Assembly: GCA_032718475.1 (NCBI GenBank)
Contig: JAUCBJ010006738.1
Span: 1 to 50,917, forward strand
DNA: 50,917 bases
Origin: Nemertoderma westbladi
Taxonomy: Eukaryota > Animalia > Xenacoelomorpha
Direction of reading: 5' to 3'
The translations under genes were made by a program, and so were the position numbers. Below, piece after piece: positions 1 through 12,992 of this stretch. Position 1 is the first letter of the stretch, and every line of letters starts with the position of its first letter. Under the pieces are notes generated by a model, which was not told the DNA's origin, ran no database searches, and worked only from the letters and a program-made list of their open reading frames with translations.

Positions 1-552
1 TATCAAGGTGAGATGAGTATGATTATCAAGTTAAATTAGTTCGTTAAGTTAGGTAACAGTTTATACTTTCGATAATTCAAGCAGTTTACGGTACAGCAGT
101 ATCTATCCAAAAATGCCGGTGTTTCTGGCTTAGACAGCAATAACAACAAAGTAACAACTCTAAAACAGTAAGACAGAACACTCTCCTTATGATCGGCAGG
201 AAAGCTACACGTCGACAGGAAAAACCGCCCTGATTGGCCCAAGCCAAACAAAGAACCACGCGGCCAATGGCTGTTTCCATGTCAGCAACCAGCTGCTAGA
301 TGTCGTAATATGAATCATTACGGCTAAGCTGTGAAAGGTGGTTGGTGCATTACAAGTTTTTGTCTTACCATGTCCGCTAAAACACGTATATAGCAGAATT
401 ACTTTTATGTCCGTTAAAACACCTGTAAAGGTACCTTGCGGGCGAGGGGAATATATATACAGTTAGAAAACCTTTTTTAGAGTATTCCAGCGCCGGGGGG
501 GGAACTGGCCAGCAAAGGCAAACGTATCAGTTATCCCACAAAAGCTTTTACA
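1..552 (-). mobile_element. Partial LTR of a BEL/Pao element related to, but distinct from, the 11716-27335 element (runs off the window start)
   Basis: Ends CAAAAGCTTTTACA at 552, matching the CAAAAGCCTTTACA end of the LTRs at 12914 and 27335. Collinear shared blocks: GCCGGTGTT..GGCTTAGA, AAAACCGCyCTGATTGG, CAGCTG.TAGATGTCGT, ATGTCCGCTAAA, TTTTATGTCCGTTAAAACA, TAC.TTGCGGG. The sequence between these blocks has diverged. Confidence 0.8.
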
Positions 553-1177
553 GATAAGGATGGAACGCGTAAACTCCCTCGTAGGCGCGTCCAGGGTAAT
601 AGCGATGGCGTGACTCACAATGCAAATCCGCGTTCGCTTCCCAAGCTCGGATGTAGCGCAGGGTAATCATCTCATCTACGCTTTCCAAATCGCGGTTAAA
701 AGGGCAATTAAAACTGGCATGTCCTTTAAGTTGACAGTGGTGGCATTGAGTCATAAATTGGGGGCAGACTGCAAAAATGTGCGAGTTATTAAGTCTGCAA
801 TACGCACAATAGATCTCCATCATCGGTTGTTCATGGAAATAGGAGCAGGGTACGTCTGAGTCCATAGGGGTGAAATGATCTCTCGATGCGCATAATCGGC
901 AACGTTTTCGAGAAACATAGTTGGCGTGTCGATAATCGTATGCGGTGAGACATTGTGGACCTTGATACCACTCCAAGACGTAATCGTTATCGCTGCTCCG
1001 GGGCGCTGTAGGCTGGATCGCTTCAGACTCTAAGCATATTGGTTCGTCTTCCAATTGCATAGCTGAGATAGGTGTGGCTGTCTCCGCAAGCGAACCCACT
1101 GTCTGAACTTCCACGACAGAATACCCGTGGGTATTCGAGGTCTTTGTATAACAGATGAATGTAAGTCCTGTATACAA
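548..1177 (-). pseudogene. Zinc-knuckle part of the accessory ORF, copy 1, truncated at its 3' end by the adjoining LTR
   Basis: Identical to the first 209 aa of 12993..14198. Its stop codon is supplied by the LTR end at 548-550. Confidence 0.75.
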
Positions 1178-1359
1178 ACGTCCTTGAAAAGGGCGAATCC
1201 CGCGCTATCTAACTTCTCCGCAGCTGAGTCTCTTAGGCTGAGTTTGGTCAGAGCGCGGTCCTTGAACTGACTATCAACGTTACGGAACGGAGTCAGAAAG
1301 CGCCTGAAACATTCGAAGCGGATGAATTTATTGTGTTCATCTAGCTTGGCGAGTTTAGT

Positions 1360-3348
1360 TCAAAGTATTAAGGGATGGGCGTGTATGGTACGACTGCACA
1401 CATCGGCTAGCCAACCGGCAAGTATGGCGTTTTCAAAGATCATGTATATAGCTAAGGAGGGACGAAGTGGAACACTCATAAAGCTGTACACGGCGCCAGG
1501 TGCGGTCAATGGTCCGTCAAAGTATAATCGAGAATAATGATCTCCATATACTTGTTGGTAGTTGATAGGATTTCCAACCTTGAAATTCCATCCGTATTCT
1601 TGAAAGGCAAGATGTCCGATGGAGGTTCGTTGTACTTTAGTGATGCCGCTAGGTGTATTTGCATACATAGTGCGGAAGAAACCTCGGCCTTCTGCCCAGG
1701 GAGCAATCAGCTGAGTATCGACGAAAGTGTATGGAATGTTTTCCATGTTCCGAAAGTCGTTTTGGATATCTCCATAAACAGCTGAGCCGATTTTAAGGAT
1801 TCTTTCGTTAAACAACATCTCGAGCACGGGCTGGGGTAACATCGATCCATCGATACCCATGGCCGGTTTGCGCTCGGTGTCGGTGACGTAACGCTGCGCG
1901 AGTTCGAATTGTCCATGTCGGAGTTTCTTTTGTGTCTCGGTAAGGGTCTCAAAAGAATAATCAATCACATCGGAACACGCTCGAGTAAATACGTGGGTAG
2001 AACCAGCTAGTCCTCGTATGTGTATCATTCCCGTAGTTCCCAGTTCTCCAATCGGAACGCTACCTTCGTTATCGTAAGTGACAACTCCATACATCTCGAT
2101 AACGTTAAGAGTCTCATTCCACTCTTTAGTGGCATTTTCTAGAGTCATTCCCACTGGATGCCACAAGGTAGCGCATTCGCTAGCATTAGGTAGATCTCTA
2201 TACTTTAAATATTGCGTATTATATGTCTCTACATCTCCATATCTTTGTATTCTTTCCTCCTTGAATAACACGTCGAGATTCCAGTGTACTAATCGAGTTT
2301 TGATGAATCCATCAAGATTATACGGAGGTATTGTCTCTTTCTCTATCCTGGAAACATTATAGGGTTTTCGAAATGAGTTTACTTTAACTAACTGATCAAG
2401 ATGTTTCTGCAGTTGTTCGAGTTCGACAAGATCGAGAGGATTTATTAGTGGTAGAAACCTCAGACTATGTGTAGGATCTTCCGGTTTTACCATGTAATAT
2501 TGCGTTAGATTGACGTAATAAGGGTGATCTTTGATCCCATAAAACGAGTTCGGTAAAGGTCTAGCGCGTATGTTAACATCGTGTACCATACGACAGACAA
2601 GATCCGCTCTATTGTCCGGAGGTTCAACGAGTATACCATCGACACGAGCGGCCTCGATTGGCAGACGTTGTAACATGGGAGTGTCAGCGATAAGATCTCG
2701 AGATCTTAGGTTGATATCAACCGGTTGAGGCTGTGCCGTGGCGAAGAGTTTGTCTCCGAAATGGGGAACCATCGAAGGATGGATGATGGTTTTAGAATAG
2801 AGATCCGTCATCAGAATTTGAGCTTCTGGCTGGGCTAAAGCTGCTTCTTCTCTCTCATCCATTTCTATGTGTTTCTCCTCGAGCTGATTTTCCTCCGCTT
2901 GTTGTTGTAAACGCTCGTCTAGGAACTCTTGTAAAGAATAGGTTCGTCCACGTTCGATGTCTTCCTCGAGATCCTGGATTTCTCTATTGAACTGGGGTAA
3001 AGCTAATTCTTTCACCGCTTGGACTTGTTGCTGCAATTTGCGTTTCTCTAAACAATCGTAAGCTCCTTTTCCGATTTTCTGCCGAATAGCGTCTAATGCG
3101 TTTCGTACAACGCTCTCTTTGACTTCAGTAACGGGTTGTATCGGGGTTAAGCCTGAATGGTTGTACGGGTTAAACGGCGATATTAGATGACCGCGTCCTA
3201 ATCCGGCTAGGTAGGGTTGGCGAATATCTAGTGAGCCCACTACCGGAGTGCCACCGATCAACTGTTCGGGTAACACAAGATCTTTAAATAGTGAGTACAG
3301 TTCAGGGGGATCCGTTATACTATTAGGATCAAGCGTTTGAGGTCTCAC
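1360..3348 (-). CDS. Accessory ORF segment with DEDDy 3'-5' exonuclease domain, copy 1
   Basis: 662 aa, identical to 14381..16369. Motifs VVTYDNEG, LPQPVLEMLFNERILKIGSAVYGD, FVDTQLIA, SIGHLAFQEYGWNFK, PLRPSLAIYMIFE. Confidence 0.75.
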   Translation of the reverse strand: MRPQTLDPNSITDPPELYSLFKDLVLPEQLIGGTPVVGSLDIRQPYLAGLGRGHLISPFNPYNHSGLTPIQPVTEVKESVVRNALDAIRQKIGKGAYDCLEKRKLQQQVQAVKELALPQFNREIQDLEEDIERGRTYSLQEFLDERLQQQAEENQLEEKHIEMDEREEAALAQPEAQILMTDLYSKTIIHPSMVPHFGDKLFATAQPQPVDINLRSRDLIADTPMLQRLPIEAARVDGILVEPPDNRADLVCRMVHDVNIRARPLPNSFYGIKDHPYYVNLTQYYMVKPEDPTHSLRFLPLINPLDLVELEQLQKHLDQLVKVNSFRKPYNVSRIEKETIPPYNLDGFIKTRLVHWNLDVLFKEERIQRYGDVETYNTQYLKYRDLPNASECATLWHPVGMTLENATKEWNETLNVIEMYGVVTYDNEGSVPIGELGTTGMIHIRGLAGSTHVFTRACSDVIDYSFETLTETQKKLRHGQFELAQRYVTDTERKPAMGIDGSMLPQPVLEMLFNERILKIGSAVYGDIQNDFRNMENIPYTFVDTQLIAPWAEGRGFFRTMYANTPSGITKVQRTSIGHLAFQEYGWNFKVGNPINYQQVYGDHYSRLYFDGPLTAPGAVYSFMSVPLRPSLAIYMIFENAILAGWLADVCSRTIHAHPLIL

Positions 3349-3408
3349 TTAGGAATGAGGAGGTCTGACCGAGTATTCCGGAACTCTGATCATGGGTTTA
3401 TTCAAGGA

Positions 3409-4225
3409 TCATTTTAGTCGAGCGAGCGTAGGTGATACGTCGAACAGGTTTCGCTCGAAACTCCCATAAGTATATCGTGTAAAACTGTGTTTAGCGCAAC
3501 GTCTCCGCGGGTGTTTATGTCTTTCCGTTTGCTGATTGGGTCTAGGGCATTCGTCGCAGTAATACCAAAGACCCACGTCCTGCAGGGGAAACGCGGGTGA
3601 TCGTTCTCCAGTTTTACAATATTCCTCCATCTGTTCGAAGCTATCTGGGACGACAGGTAGCGGTCGATCGGCGGTAAGATACATCATAGTGAAATAGAGT
3701 CGTTTGAGTTCTATCATAGGGTCATGATGTATACCTTGAGGATATCGAGTTTCTAGATTTTTTTTGACTGGCAATATTGAGATATGTTTCTCTCAGGAAT
3801 TCCAGATAATCGTTGAAGTCGCTGCGTTTATCCGGCTCTTCAACGTCTTCCCTTTCGAGTCTGTTTCGAATAGAATTCTCGTGTTCTATTCTCGGTTTAT
3901 CGTTCCGACTCTGCTGGGTATGATATTTAAATAAAACCATTTCCCTTTCGGTGTCTACATCGTCCGTATCGTGTAAATCGATAGGATGGCCAGTAGTTAA
4001 GAAGTCCATATACGTACCATTACGATGCGTATAGCGAGTGGTGAATTTTCTATAGTCCAATTCACGCGTAAGTTGCTCCTGGGACATTGGCGGTTCGATA
4101 TAACGACCATCGTCCTCCGTAGTAGTTGGACCAGCGTCGCCGCGTATCAAGCTATCGACAAACGCTTGTAAAGTTAGAGTATATCGCTCCCTGATACCAA
4201 GATCATCTTCTATCAACTCAGTCAT
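3409..4225 (-). pseudogene. N-terminal part of the accessory ORF, copy 1 (167 aa and 121 aa pieces split by a frameshift)
   Basis: Same as 16430..17246. The two ORFs overlap across an A8 run. Confidence 0.6.
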
Positions 4226-5875
4226 ATCTGCTACATGAGTTTATCAATATTATAATGAGTTTATATTTAGGCTAGCGGGCGTCGCTGCGTACCCCTCTCT
4301 GCCCCCGGACAGTGCAAGATCCTCAGTGCCGATGTACTGTCGTCGCTGTGTTTTCGCCAACGTAGTAGCTACACAACGACAACGATAACCGGCACAAGTC
4401 ACTCCACTGTCCGTCCCAAAGGCTTAGATTTACTTCAGGTTCTTGCTGCAGAGTTAGGGCTACTTTCACAATTGCGACTCGCTACTGTAAACACACTTTA
4501 GTAGTAACATTCACCTATAAACGCACAAATTCCACACAACTGTCACAAATTGTACACATTCGGGCCATTTGTCCGTTAGTCAAGTGCCTTCCAAAATGCC
4601 ACGTTATTATTATGTATCCTTGGATACTAGCAGTGCGCTATTTATTCCCTATGCTATTCAATGGGGCAAGCCTTCTATTGTTCTTTAACTCACTTCTAAT
4701 TCTAGCGTGGTTGTTGCCATGGTGACATTATGGAAAGCTAGCAGTAGAATTAGGGTAATTCTCATGCATACAGATCTGGGATGCTATTTAATAGTAATTC
4801 TTTAATTGTCAATATCCCCTTTATACATGATTTTATAAATTTTATCGGCTATTGACCATATGTTGGAGATTCTCGCACACTAATACACTTAATAGGGTGA
4901 ATCTCCGCTCCCATGATCTATTAATTAATGGAATTTTGGGAATGTTATAAATTGTATAAAAATGACAATTTATCAAATTCATTAAAATATGAATTTAAAT
5001 TTATTCCCGTAAATTTTATTATTTAATATTAAATGGACACAATTTTATTCCAGAGCATGTCTGGGGACTGGGATCCTTGAATCTAAGAAATTGGTCTTTT
5101 TAAGAATATCGGTAAGTGCTACGATATCTTAATAGACTAGAATTTTAAAGGATCTGAATTTGACAGACTTTATAAATATTAATAATTAATATTTAAGATG
5201 GGCACCGGTTTATTCCAGAACTTGTCTGGGGACGTTAACCACTGATTCTAGAATTTTGTCTTTCAAGTATATCGGTGGGTGCCGCGATATCTTAATCGAC
5301 TAGAATTACAGATGGTCAAAGGTTTTAACAGATTTATTTTGCGGTATACGCTACTGTTAAAGGGACATCACGCTACTATATGTATTATTTAATATACGGT
5401 ATGAGAGCAATATCGCACGAAGCAATGTCAGTGAGAAGAGGCAAGTCGTTTCCAAGGTCTACCCAGAGCTTGGTTTAGCCGAGACACGAGGATCTGAATT
5501 TTGCATTCCTAATACTCTACTTACCAATAATACTTGAATATAGTAGGAGCTTTATTGTACTTTAATAAGTACTGATATTTCATCTTACTGTAGTCACGTA
5601 TTTATAATGTAATACGGACAAGAGGAAAGGAAAGAGTAAGGAAAGAGAAAAAGAATTATTTCTCGCCGTCGCACTAAATATATAATATATAAGTAATTAA
5701 GTAATAAACACTAATATATATTGCACTAATCTACTAAATAATCGCTAAAATAACATTCTACTAAATAAAATTAAAGAAAACGATTATAATAAAATTACAT
5801 AATAATACATACATAAATATAAAATAATAAAAACAAATATAAAATAATATGGTCACACACCCACTCCAGACGCTG

Positions 5876-6720
5876 TTACGTTGGGGAGTCCCTAGATGTT
5901 TGTTGGATTAGGGAGGTGGTCGTGGGAAGAGTATCTTGCCTTCCATAGTTTCCAGACAGTTCTCGGTCTCTTTCCAGTAAACATAAATGACCAACTGGGC
6001 GATTGAGTTGTTGTGTTTCGAATACAGTTCCAGGTTTCCTCTTCGTCCTGGAATAGTGACGATAGAAACATCGCTTCAAATACACGACGGCCTTACAAAG
6101 CCGATTCCAGGATCTATAGTGGTCCATCGCTCCCGGCAGGAGAGGTGAGAGTCCCGGCGAGACGTCTGGTGTTCCAGATCTCCAGTCACTCTCTCTGATC
6201 TCCACAACAGATCGGTTCGCGGTGGGGAAGTTTAGATCCGCAGCGTCGTCCCTGGCAATGTGTAGTACAGACAGATCTATCACGGGTTTAAATAACCTTG
6301 ATTTACTCGTCCGGGTTTTAGGTTTGACTTTCTCCGCTCCCTTGGCTTGTCTAATCTCAGCCGTGGTAAGATGGGGAGGCCATTCATCTTCTTTACTTAG
6401 GAAGTCGGGTCCACCTAACCAGTCTGGAGTATCTGTCAGTTCTTGAGGAGTTGCTCCTCTGGAAGCGATGTCGGCTAGATTAATCGTCTCGGGGCAATAT
6501 CTCCATTGATCTACATTGGAGTTAATATCGTCATTATCTGAGGAGTATGGTGTTCCCTCAGTTGGGTCGTCTACCTCACTGCTCTCCGCTTCCCATTCAC
6601 TTACTTGGTATACCTTTTCTTTTGGTAACCTTTCCATGAGAGTTCTACGGGAAGGGCCAGTAAAGTACCAACCTACTCTAGTTCTTCCCGCATAGGCTTG
6701 TAGTGGTTGCGGTTGTTATA
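5876..6720 (-). pseudogene. pol: Internally deleted BEL/Pao pol remnant, copy 1
   Basis: Same as 18897..19741. Confidence 0.85.
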
Positions 6721-6722
6721 TT

Positions 6723-9700
6723 TTATTGCGGCCGTTTCTCCAATGTCTCAAGCGCCTCATGCGCATTTTGGCCGATGAGTATTTGCACTCCAGGGTAGTC
6801 TGTGTTGAATCTAGGTATCTTAAGCTGCTGGGTGAAATCGTCCTCATCCCAGTTATAAGGTTCTACTTGGCTGGTAGCGAAGTTCTTTATCGCCTCCATT
6901 TTTACTGACCTTATACTGTGTTCTCCTAGTTCATCCTGGGGGGTGGACAACGCACCTACATAATAATCTGCTATTACTGTAGATTTCCAAACCTGCATAA
7001 TTCCTGACATGTTTAACTTAGTTCGGAACTTGGGTTGTCCAGCAAAGATGTCTTCGGCTAGTTCTTTGTCGATGAATGTTCCTGTGCTACCGGAGTCCAG
7101 GAGGGCGTTCACTATATAACTCCTTTCAGGTCCGTGGACCCTCAACTGCACTACGGGAAATTCTCGGATTCCTACATTGGAAGTTGGTGCTTTCCAAGAT
7201 GGTTGTCGGTCAGAAGTAGTTAGGGGGAGCTCGCTGTCGGTGTCCTTTTCATACGTAAGTGCTCGATACACTGTGGTATTTATCAGGTAACAGGATTCGT
7301 TTTCGTCGGAGAATTCGTCCGTATAGAATCCTTCCATCTCAGAACTTTGGTCAGTGTCGTTCACATCACTGAATTGCACATGTAGTTCGGACTCACTTAC
7401 CTGACTCGGGCTGTTTCGTTCGAATTCAGTGTGCAACAAGATATGATGTTTTGCGCCGCACTTCGCACACCTTGCGTCGGAGTAACAGGTTCGCCGTTGG
7501 TGTCCTTGTCTGAGGCAATTATAACACAACCGCTTATCCCACATGACTTCCCGTCTATCCTTTAATGATTTCTTTAGGAATTCATCACACGCACTTAAAC
7601 GGTGGGGCCCGTCGCACAGCACACATTTTGGTTTGATGTTACTTACCTTACTTTGGGTAACGTTATGCACACTCGTTCTTTCCTCGGGCTTTCTTACATG
7701 AATTCTCTTAGGAGACGTAGGAGGAGTTTTTCTTACCTGTTCTCTCCTGTCATTGGTTCGAGACTTGAATTTATTTACGTCCTTAGGCGCTTTGTTGTCA
7801 TAGTAAGATCTTTCAGTGTCTTTCCCGCTGTCTTCCTCTTGAGAAGCCTGGCTTTCGCCGTCGTCTGTATAACACACTGGTATTACCTTTCTCATAGAAA
7901 CGGGTTTCTCACTTACCTTATTTTCCAGTGTCTTCTCCCTGGACTGCTTTAGGAGCTGTAATTTTACCTCTCCATCTAAGAATGACATGAGATCAGCCAT
8001 GGTAGGATCTCTTTGTTGTTGTTCCATCATATATAACACTTTCTTGTCACAGCGTGTACCTACTCCACCCTTGGGCAAAGTAGATGCTAAGGCTCCTACA
8101 ACCATAGAATTCTGGTATTCATGAGACTTACCTAACCAATCTAGTTGTCTACAGATCTCCTGAATCTCGTCGGAAAACTCTATAATCCCGCTGCTAAGAA
8201 ACTTTCGGGGCGTCATTAATTTCGCATATAAATACCTAGCTATGTTAGTCCTATTACCATACCTGATGTTTAGTGTATCCCAAACTTGTCTTAATCCATC
8301 TGGATGTCCAATAAACTTTAACGCCATTAACTTGGGAGATCCTTCCAAGCACTCGATGAGGAATATAAGTTTCTCTCCGTTAGATAGCACAGAGTTCTGT
8401 ATGTTATCTTTGTAATATTCATTAAAAGGTAACCATTTCATCTCATCTCCATTGAACTTGACGATCTCTCCCACCTTTACTGCTTGACGGGCTTCGGTTC
8501 TAGCCATTTGACGCGTAAAACATTCTTGGGCCATCGTGTTATTTAATATTGAGTTATCGGTATATAAATTTCTCGGATTATGATCAGGTCTATATGGAAT
8601 ATCATTGTCAACAGGTTTATAATTACCCTTAATAGGGTTTACTATAGGAGTTTCCACTTCACTAGCAGTATAGATGCGTGTAGGCTCCACACCTTGCGTA
8701 TGAAATACTTCAGACCTAACAGATTGACACATTGCTACAGGGGGTGGTGGTATACCCCTTTGTGTATTTACTAATTTATCGCGTTCTAACACGATACTTT
8801 GCTGCACTTCTTGCAACTCTAACCTACTTTCCCTTACTGTTCCCTTAAACTGATGAACAGTCTCCTGCATCTGCCCGAGCAGGAGATTCATCCCCCGCCG
8901 CCCCTCATCCACCCACTCGACCGCTGAAGCGGGAGCTGCCAACATAGTAGCGGGCAGATGAGGGACAACGGGCGACAAATCATTGATATTTCGCTCGGAG
9001 TCCAGGACAGGAACTATCTCAGGGGTTGTTCTGTGGGGCACAGGTAGTTTAGTGCTGTGCAAAGGGAATTTAGAGGTAGGTTCTGGGAGTACAGGTGTCT
9101 CTATCACTGAAGGGGTGGCTTCGAGAACAGGCCTAATTATTTCAGGGTCATCTACTATAGTAGGGAGTCTTTCTATTTTAATTATTTGGTCTGTGGGTTC
9201 TGTACTACCTAAGTCTGTGTTAGTTAGTTGCCTTCTAACAGCTGGGGGCAAATCAGGCAATTTCTGACGGTGGGACATTCTTCTACGTCTGCTTAGACGA
9301 GATCTATTTCCTCCGCCTTCAGGATCGGTGGTATCGCCTTCATCAGAGGATGTAAATCCCTGTCGTTTGGGAGTAGATTGTCTCATCATCTGCATTTGAC
9401 TAGCTGTTAACTGTTTATTGAAGTTGTCTTGCCTCTCTTGAAGATTTTCCAACTCTAGTTGGGTTGTCTCTTCAGATGCCCTCCGTTCTGCTTCTGCCAC
9501 TGCCGCTTTTCTTTCTGCTTCTGCTGCTTTTCTTTCCGCTTCTGCCGCTGCCACTGCCGCTTTTCTTTCCACTTCGGCCGCTTTTCTTTCCGCTTCTGCC
9601 TCTGCCGCTGCTGCTGTCTTTCTGTCTTCTATACGTTTTTTCTTTACTTGTTCTTCTTGAGCCTTAGCGATGCGGATGCTTTCATCAAATTTAGCTTGGT

Positions 9701-9818
9701 TCGCAGCCAACATTTCCGCATCTATTGCGTCCAGCACAAACTTGGCTCCTTCACTATTAGGACGAAGTCCATCCAGCCTTCTCCTCAACTCTTCATCCCC
9801 TACAAATCGTTGATAGTC
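6723..9818 (-). pseudogene. gag: 5'-truncated BEL/Pao Gag-protease, copy 1
   Basis: Matches the C-terminal ~1020 aa of 19744..23817. The N-terminal ~330 codons and the promoter LTR are missing. Confidence 0.9.
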
Positions 9819-10060
9819 CCCTCAGTTTAAATATAATATTAATTTAATTTATTAATTCAATTTCATTTGTAATTTGAGTAACTTACTTTAGAACTATGTT
9901 TTTATCATAATAATTCTTAATGGCGGATTTTCTAAATTACTCATCTTTACTGGGGGGGGGGGGGGGGGGGGGCTTTACTGGGGGAATGAACATGTACTGG
10001 TGCGCATTACTCAGAATGAGTAGTATACCGACTAATGTACTACAGGCTACAGCACAGGTT

Positions 10061-10387
10061 GGGTGCAACCTTCGCCCGCGTCCAATATTCGCCCGCGTCC
10101 ACACTTCACCCCGGGGAAAACCTTCGCCCGCAAGGCAATCTTCCACCGCGAACAACCTTCGCCCAATAAGATTTGTGTTAGTAACCATTTTAGTTACCAA
10201 TTAAGGGAAAGGAGCAGGTTACAGAGACGGCTTCTTCTAACCAAAACAATAAAAACTATGTTGTTACCAATTTAAGGTAAGGAGCAGGTTATAGAAACGG
10301 CTTTTTCTAACCAAAACAATAATTGTTTAGTTGGCGATGGTTGCTCGCGGGAGAAGATTGTCTGCGGGCGAAGTTTGCTGCGTACCC
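10061..10387. mobile_element. MITE-like element with long imperfect inverted arms
   Basis: Left arm CCTTCGCCCGCAAGGCAATCTTCCACCGCGAACAACCTTCGCCCAA pairs imperfectly with right arm TTGGCGATGGTTGCTCGCGGGAGAAGATTGTCTGCGGGCGAAG. Ends are GGGT..ACCC. The internal AAGGAGCAGGTTA..TTCTAACCAAAACAATAAA block is duplicated and recurs near 33620-33670. Confidence 0.6.
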
Positions 10388-10515
10388 TACTAAACATTAC
10401 ACATCACGTGTGGCGGGCATTTTGTTAAAATTCCAAACAATCACACCTGGACTACGCTGGGGGGGGGGGCTCTTCCCCCACACCTACCGTGGGAAATTCC
10501 TGGCTACGCGGCTGA

Positions 10516-11070
10516 TCCCTAGTTATTATTATTATAAAGATCGTCAGCCTGCGTTTAAGAAATAAATTTAAATACAAAACAGGACGAGCACAACGAGACT
10601 TATAATGAAGACGAGTACTGCGTTGACTATTATTATTATATAAACCACCTGGCTTCACATTGAACGCATCCCTAGTTATTATTATCATAAAGATCGTCAG
10701 CCTGCGTTTAAGAAATATATTTAAATACAAAACAGGACGAACGCAACGAGGCTTATAATGAAGACGAGTACTGCGTTTATTATATTCCTATAAACCACAT
10801 GGCTTTGCATATTGAACGTGCGATTGGAAATAAGTTCGTGCTACCCTTCCGCCCCGTGGGTGGTAGATGTCGCGGTTATGTAATGGTGGGTGGGAAGGGT
10901 GGGGGGGGGGGGTGCAGATTAAAAGGTCTGAACACGTACTGTCCCTCTTTCTTTGATTGATTGGCGGTGTGGTTAAATTTCTCAAATACTGATTTTGTGA
11001 TACAGTCCCTCAATTTTAATTTGTATCTCATAACTGGGCCTCGTGCTGCGCGAAGGCCCCACGTACGTGT
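10516..11070. repeat. Dispersed repeat containing a ~153 bp tandem duplication; homologous to 27692-28290
   Basis: ATAAAGATCGTCAG..AAAACAGGACGA..TAATGAAGACGAGTACTGCGT occurs twice here and again near 27695-27790. The poly-G plus TGCAGATTAAAAGG..ATAACTGrGCCTCGT.CTGCGCGA block recurs near 27870 and 28085. Confidence 0.8.
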
Positions 11071-11340
11071 TGGTCTGTTGTTCTGTTTATCTGTTGTTCT
11101 GTCGATCTGTTGTGTCCAATTTTAAACGTTAATAACTCAGCCAAATGTTCATGAAATTTAACCAAACTTGCTACACATGTAGTCTAGCAAAAGTTTAGAA
11201 ATTTTCCAAGTTGAATTTTCGCGTGGCCTTCGAGAAGCAAAGATAATAGCAGTTAATTAGCTATTAATTAAGTTGATTAGGGTAAAAACATCAATTTCAA
11301 CCTGCCTCTTTAAAGGATATTAATTATTTTCTAGTATAAG
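11031..11340. mobile_element. Possible non-autonomous Helentron/DINE-1-like or Crypton-like repeat
   Basis: Short hairpin GGGCCTCG..CGAAGGCCC, then a TCTGTTGT microsatellite, then AATAACTC..ATGAAATTTAACCAAACTTG. This layout is typical of such repeats, but the family is not established. Confidence 0.35.
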
Positions 11341-11715
11341 ATTTAAATAATTATACTTAAAAAAGTTATACAGCTGTAATCCCCATACAACATTCCATTA
11401 TAGTTTTTAATTAGTTCAAGTGATTTACTTTAATAAATGTGTCTTTAATTGATCTAAACGTAATTAAAGCGGCACAATCATTGAGTACAAATTTAATCCT
11501 GCCCATTATTGGTCAACATAGTCTCTGCGGGGGTGTAGAGCTGCTAGCTGGCTGGGAGATGTTTGTGTAGCCTTGCCAGAGGGGAATTGTACTGTAATAG
11601 GCAGCCAGTAGTATTGCTATAGCAACCCAGACATAACACCAACCACACACAGCACTGCCAGTATTTCAATTCCTGTTGCCTCTACTATAAATGTTCTATT
11701 ATTTACTATCTCAGG

Positions 11716-12914
11716 TGTTCGCGCTTTCAGACCTTTAGCAGTTTAACCTGCCAAATTTAGATGTCTTCTAGATTATAAATCGACTTTAGCATATGACGAG
11801 TATTTGATACACTACATTAGCCGAAGCCAGTCTATGCGCGACCATTCACCAGCTGGATATACCCGGGAGACTGGATTCGGAAGCTTTGACCTTATTGCGG
11901 TGTAGGCCTACTGTATTATTCGACTGATCGTTAATATATAATTTCTGACAAATATTATTCACTTTCGGGAAATATCAACAGTTCCTTTAGGACGTGGCGC
12001 TCTAAATATGTAAACAGAGTTATGACTTACACTAGACACAACGGGATGGCTATGGATTCACGTATAAAGCGCATTCTTTAGGAGATGCTTTGTTATCAGT
12101 CACAATCATGCACACTACCGCACAATGCTGCACACCGATCTGCCGACCTTCACTAATTTTAGTCACATATAAAGAGAACAACAACCGACACATGTAGTGC
12201 CTATGAAATAGCATTAGATTCACTCCAAAACCACTTTAATGTAAGTCGCAATTGCTATATGTAACCGGTCTCTTACCTTCAGTATATCAAGAAGATAGGG
12301 GGTTTTATGATTATTTATCGATATTATCCAAATATAATAATATTCCATCAACTGATATAATTAATAACCGACAGTAGATAGCAGTAAAAATGCGGTGTTT
12401 GTAGATGACAATATGTTTTGGTTTGAGTTGACATGTAGTGTGGTTTGATTTGATTTGATAATGGTTATACGTTTCTATGACCAAAGCACACTAATGTTTT
12501 GCTAAAGTCTGAAACTTCCACAGAAGTACAGAAGAATCCTAAGCCGGTGTTCAGGGCTTAGAAATATACACACACACTGACTGAATTGCATGAGTTTCTG
12601 TATACAATCTCCAACACAGAGTGAAAACCGCTCTGATTGGTCGACCGAACAAAGAACGAACAAAGAACAAAGAAAAAGTTACACGTGGACACAGCTGATA
12701 GATGTCGTCATCGGAGTTCCGGTGTTTAGAGTATTTGGCTTATTGCGACATAAAATTGCTAGTTATGTCCGCTAAAGTACACATACAGAAGAAATGGCTT
12801 TTTATGTCCACTAAAACACCGGTACAGTAAGGAAACGGCTTTTTATGTCCGTTAAAACAACTACAGAGTACTTTGCGGGGAAAATAACCAGCTAATTCCG
12901 CAAAAGCCTTTACA
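11716..12914 (-). repeat. 3' LTR
   Basis: TGTTCGCGCTTTCAG...GCCTTTACA. About 11 substitutions against the other LTR, counted by eye. Confidence 0.97.
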
Positions 12915-12923
12915 CCGCTCCCA
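12915..12923 (-). other. Short polypurine-tract-like sequence
   Basis: Minus strand reads TGGGAGCGG immediately before the TGTAAAGG start of the 3' LTR. Confidence 0.5.
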
Positions 12924-12992
12924 GAAAATGGGATTTAATTCTATAAAATATAAAAAATCACAGTTTCTAAAATATAAAAATACTCGAAACAG

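Larger units (their letters stand above)
553..9818 (-). mobile_element. Truncated duplicate of the BEL/Pao internal region (equals 13574-22839)
   Basis: Constant offset of 13021 bp, and the ORF translations match the second copy wherever they overlap. Identity starts at GATAAGG (553) and stops after TTGATAGTC (9818). This copy has no LTRs of its own. Confidence 0.95.
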
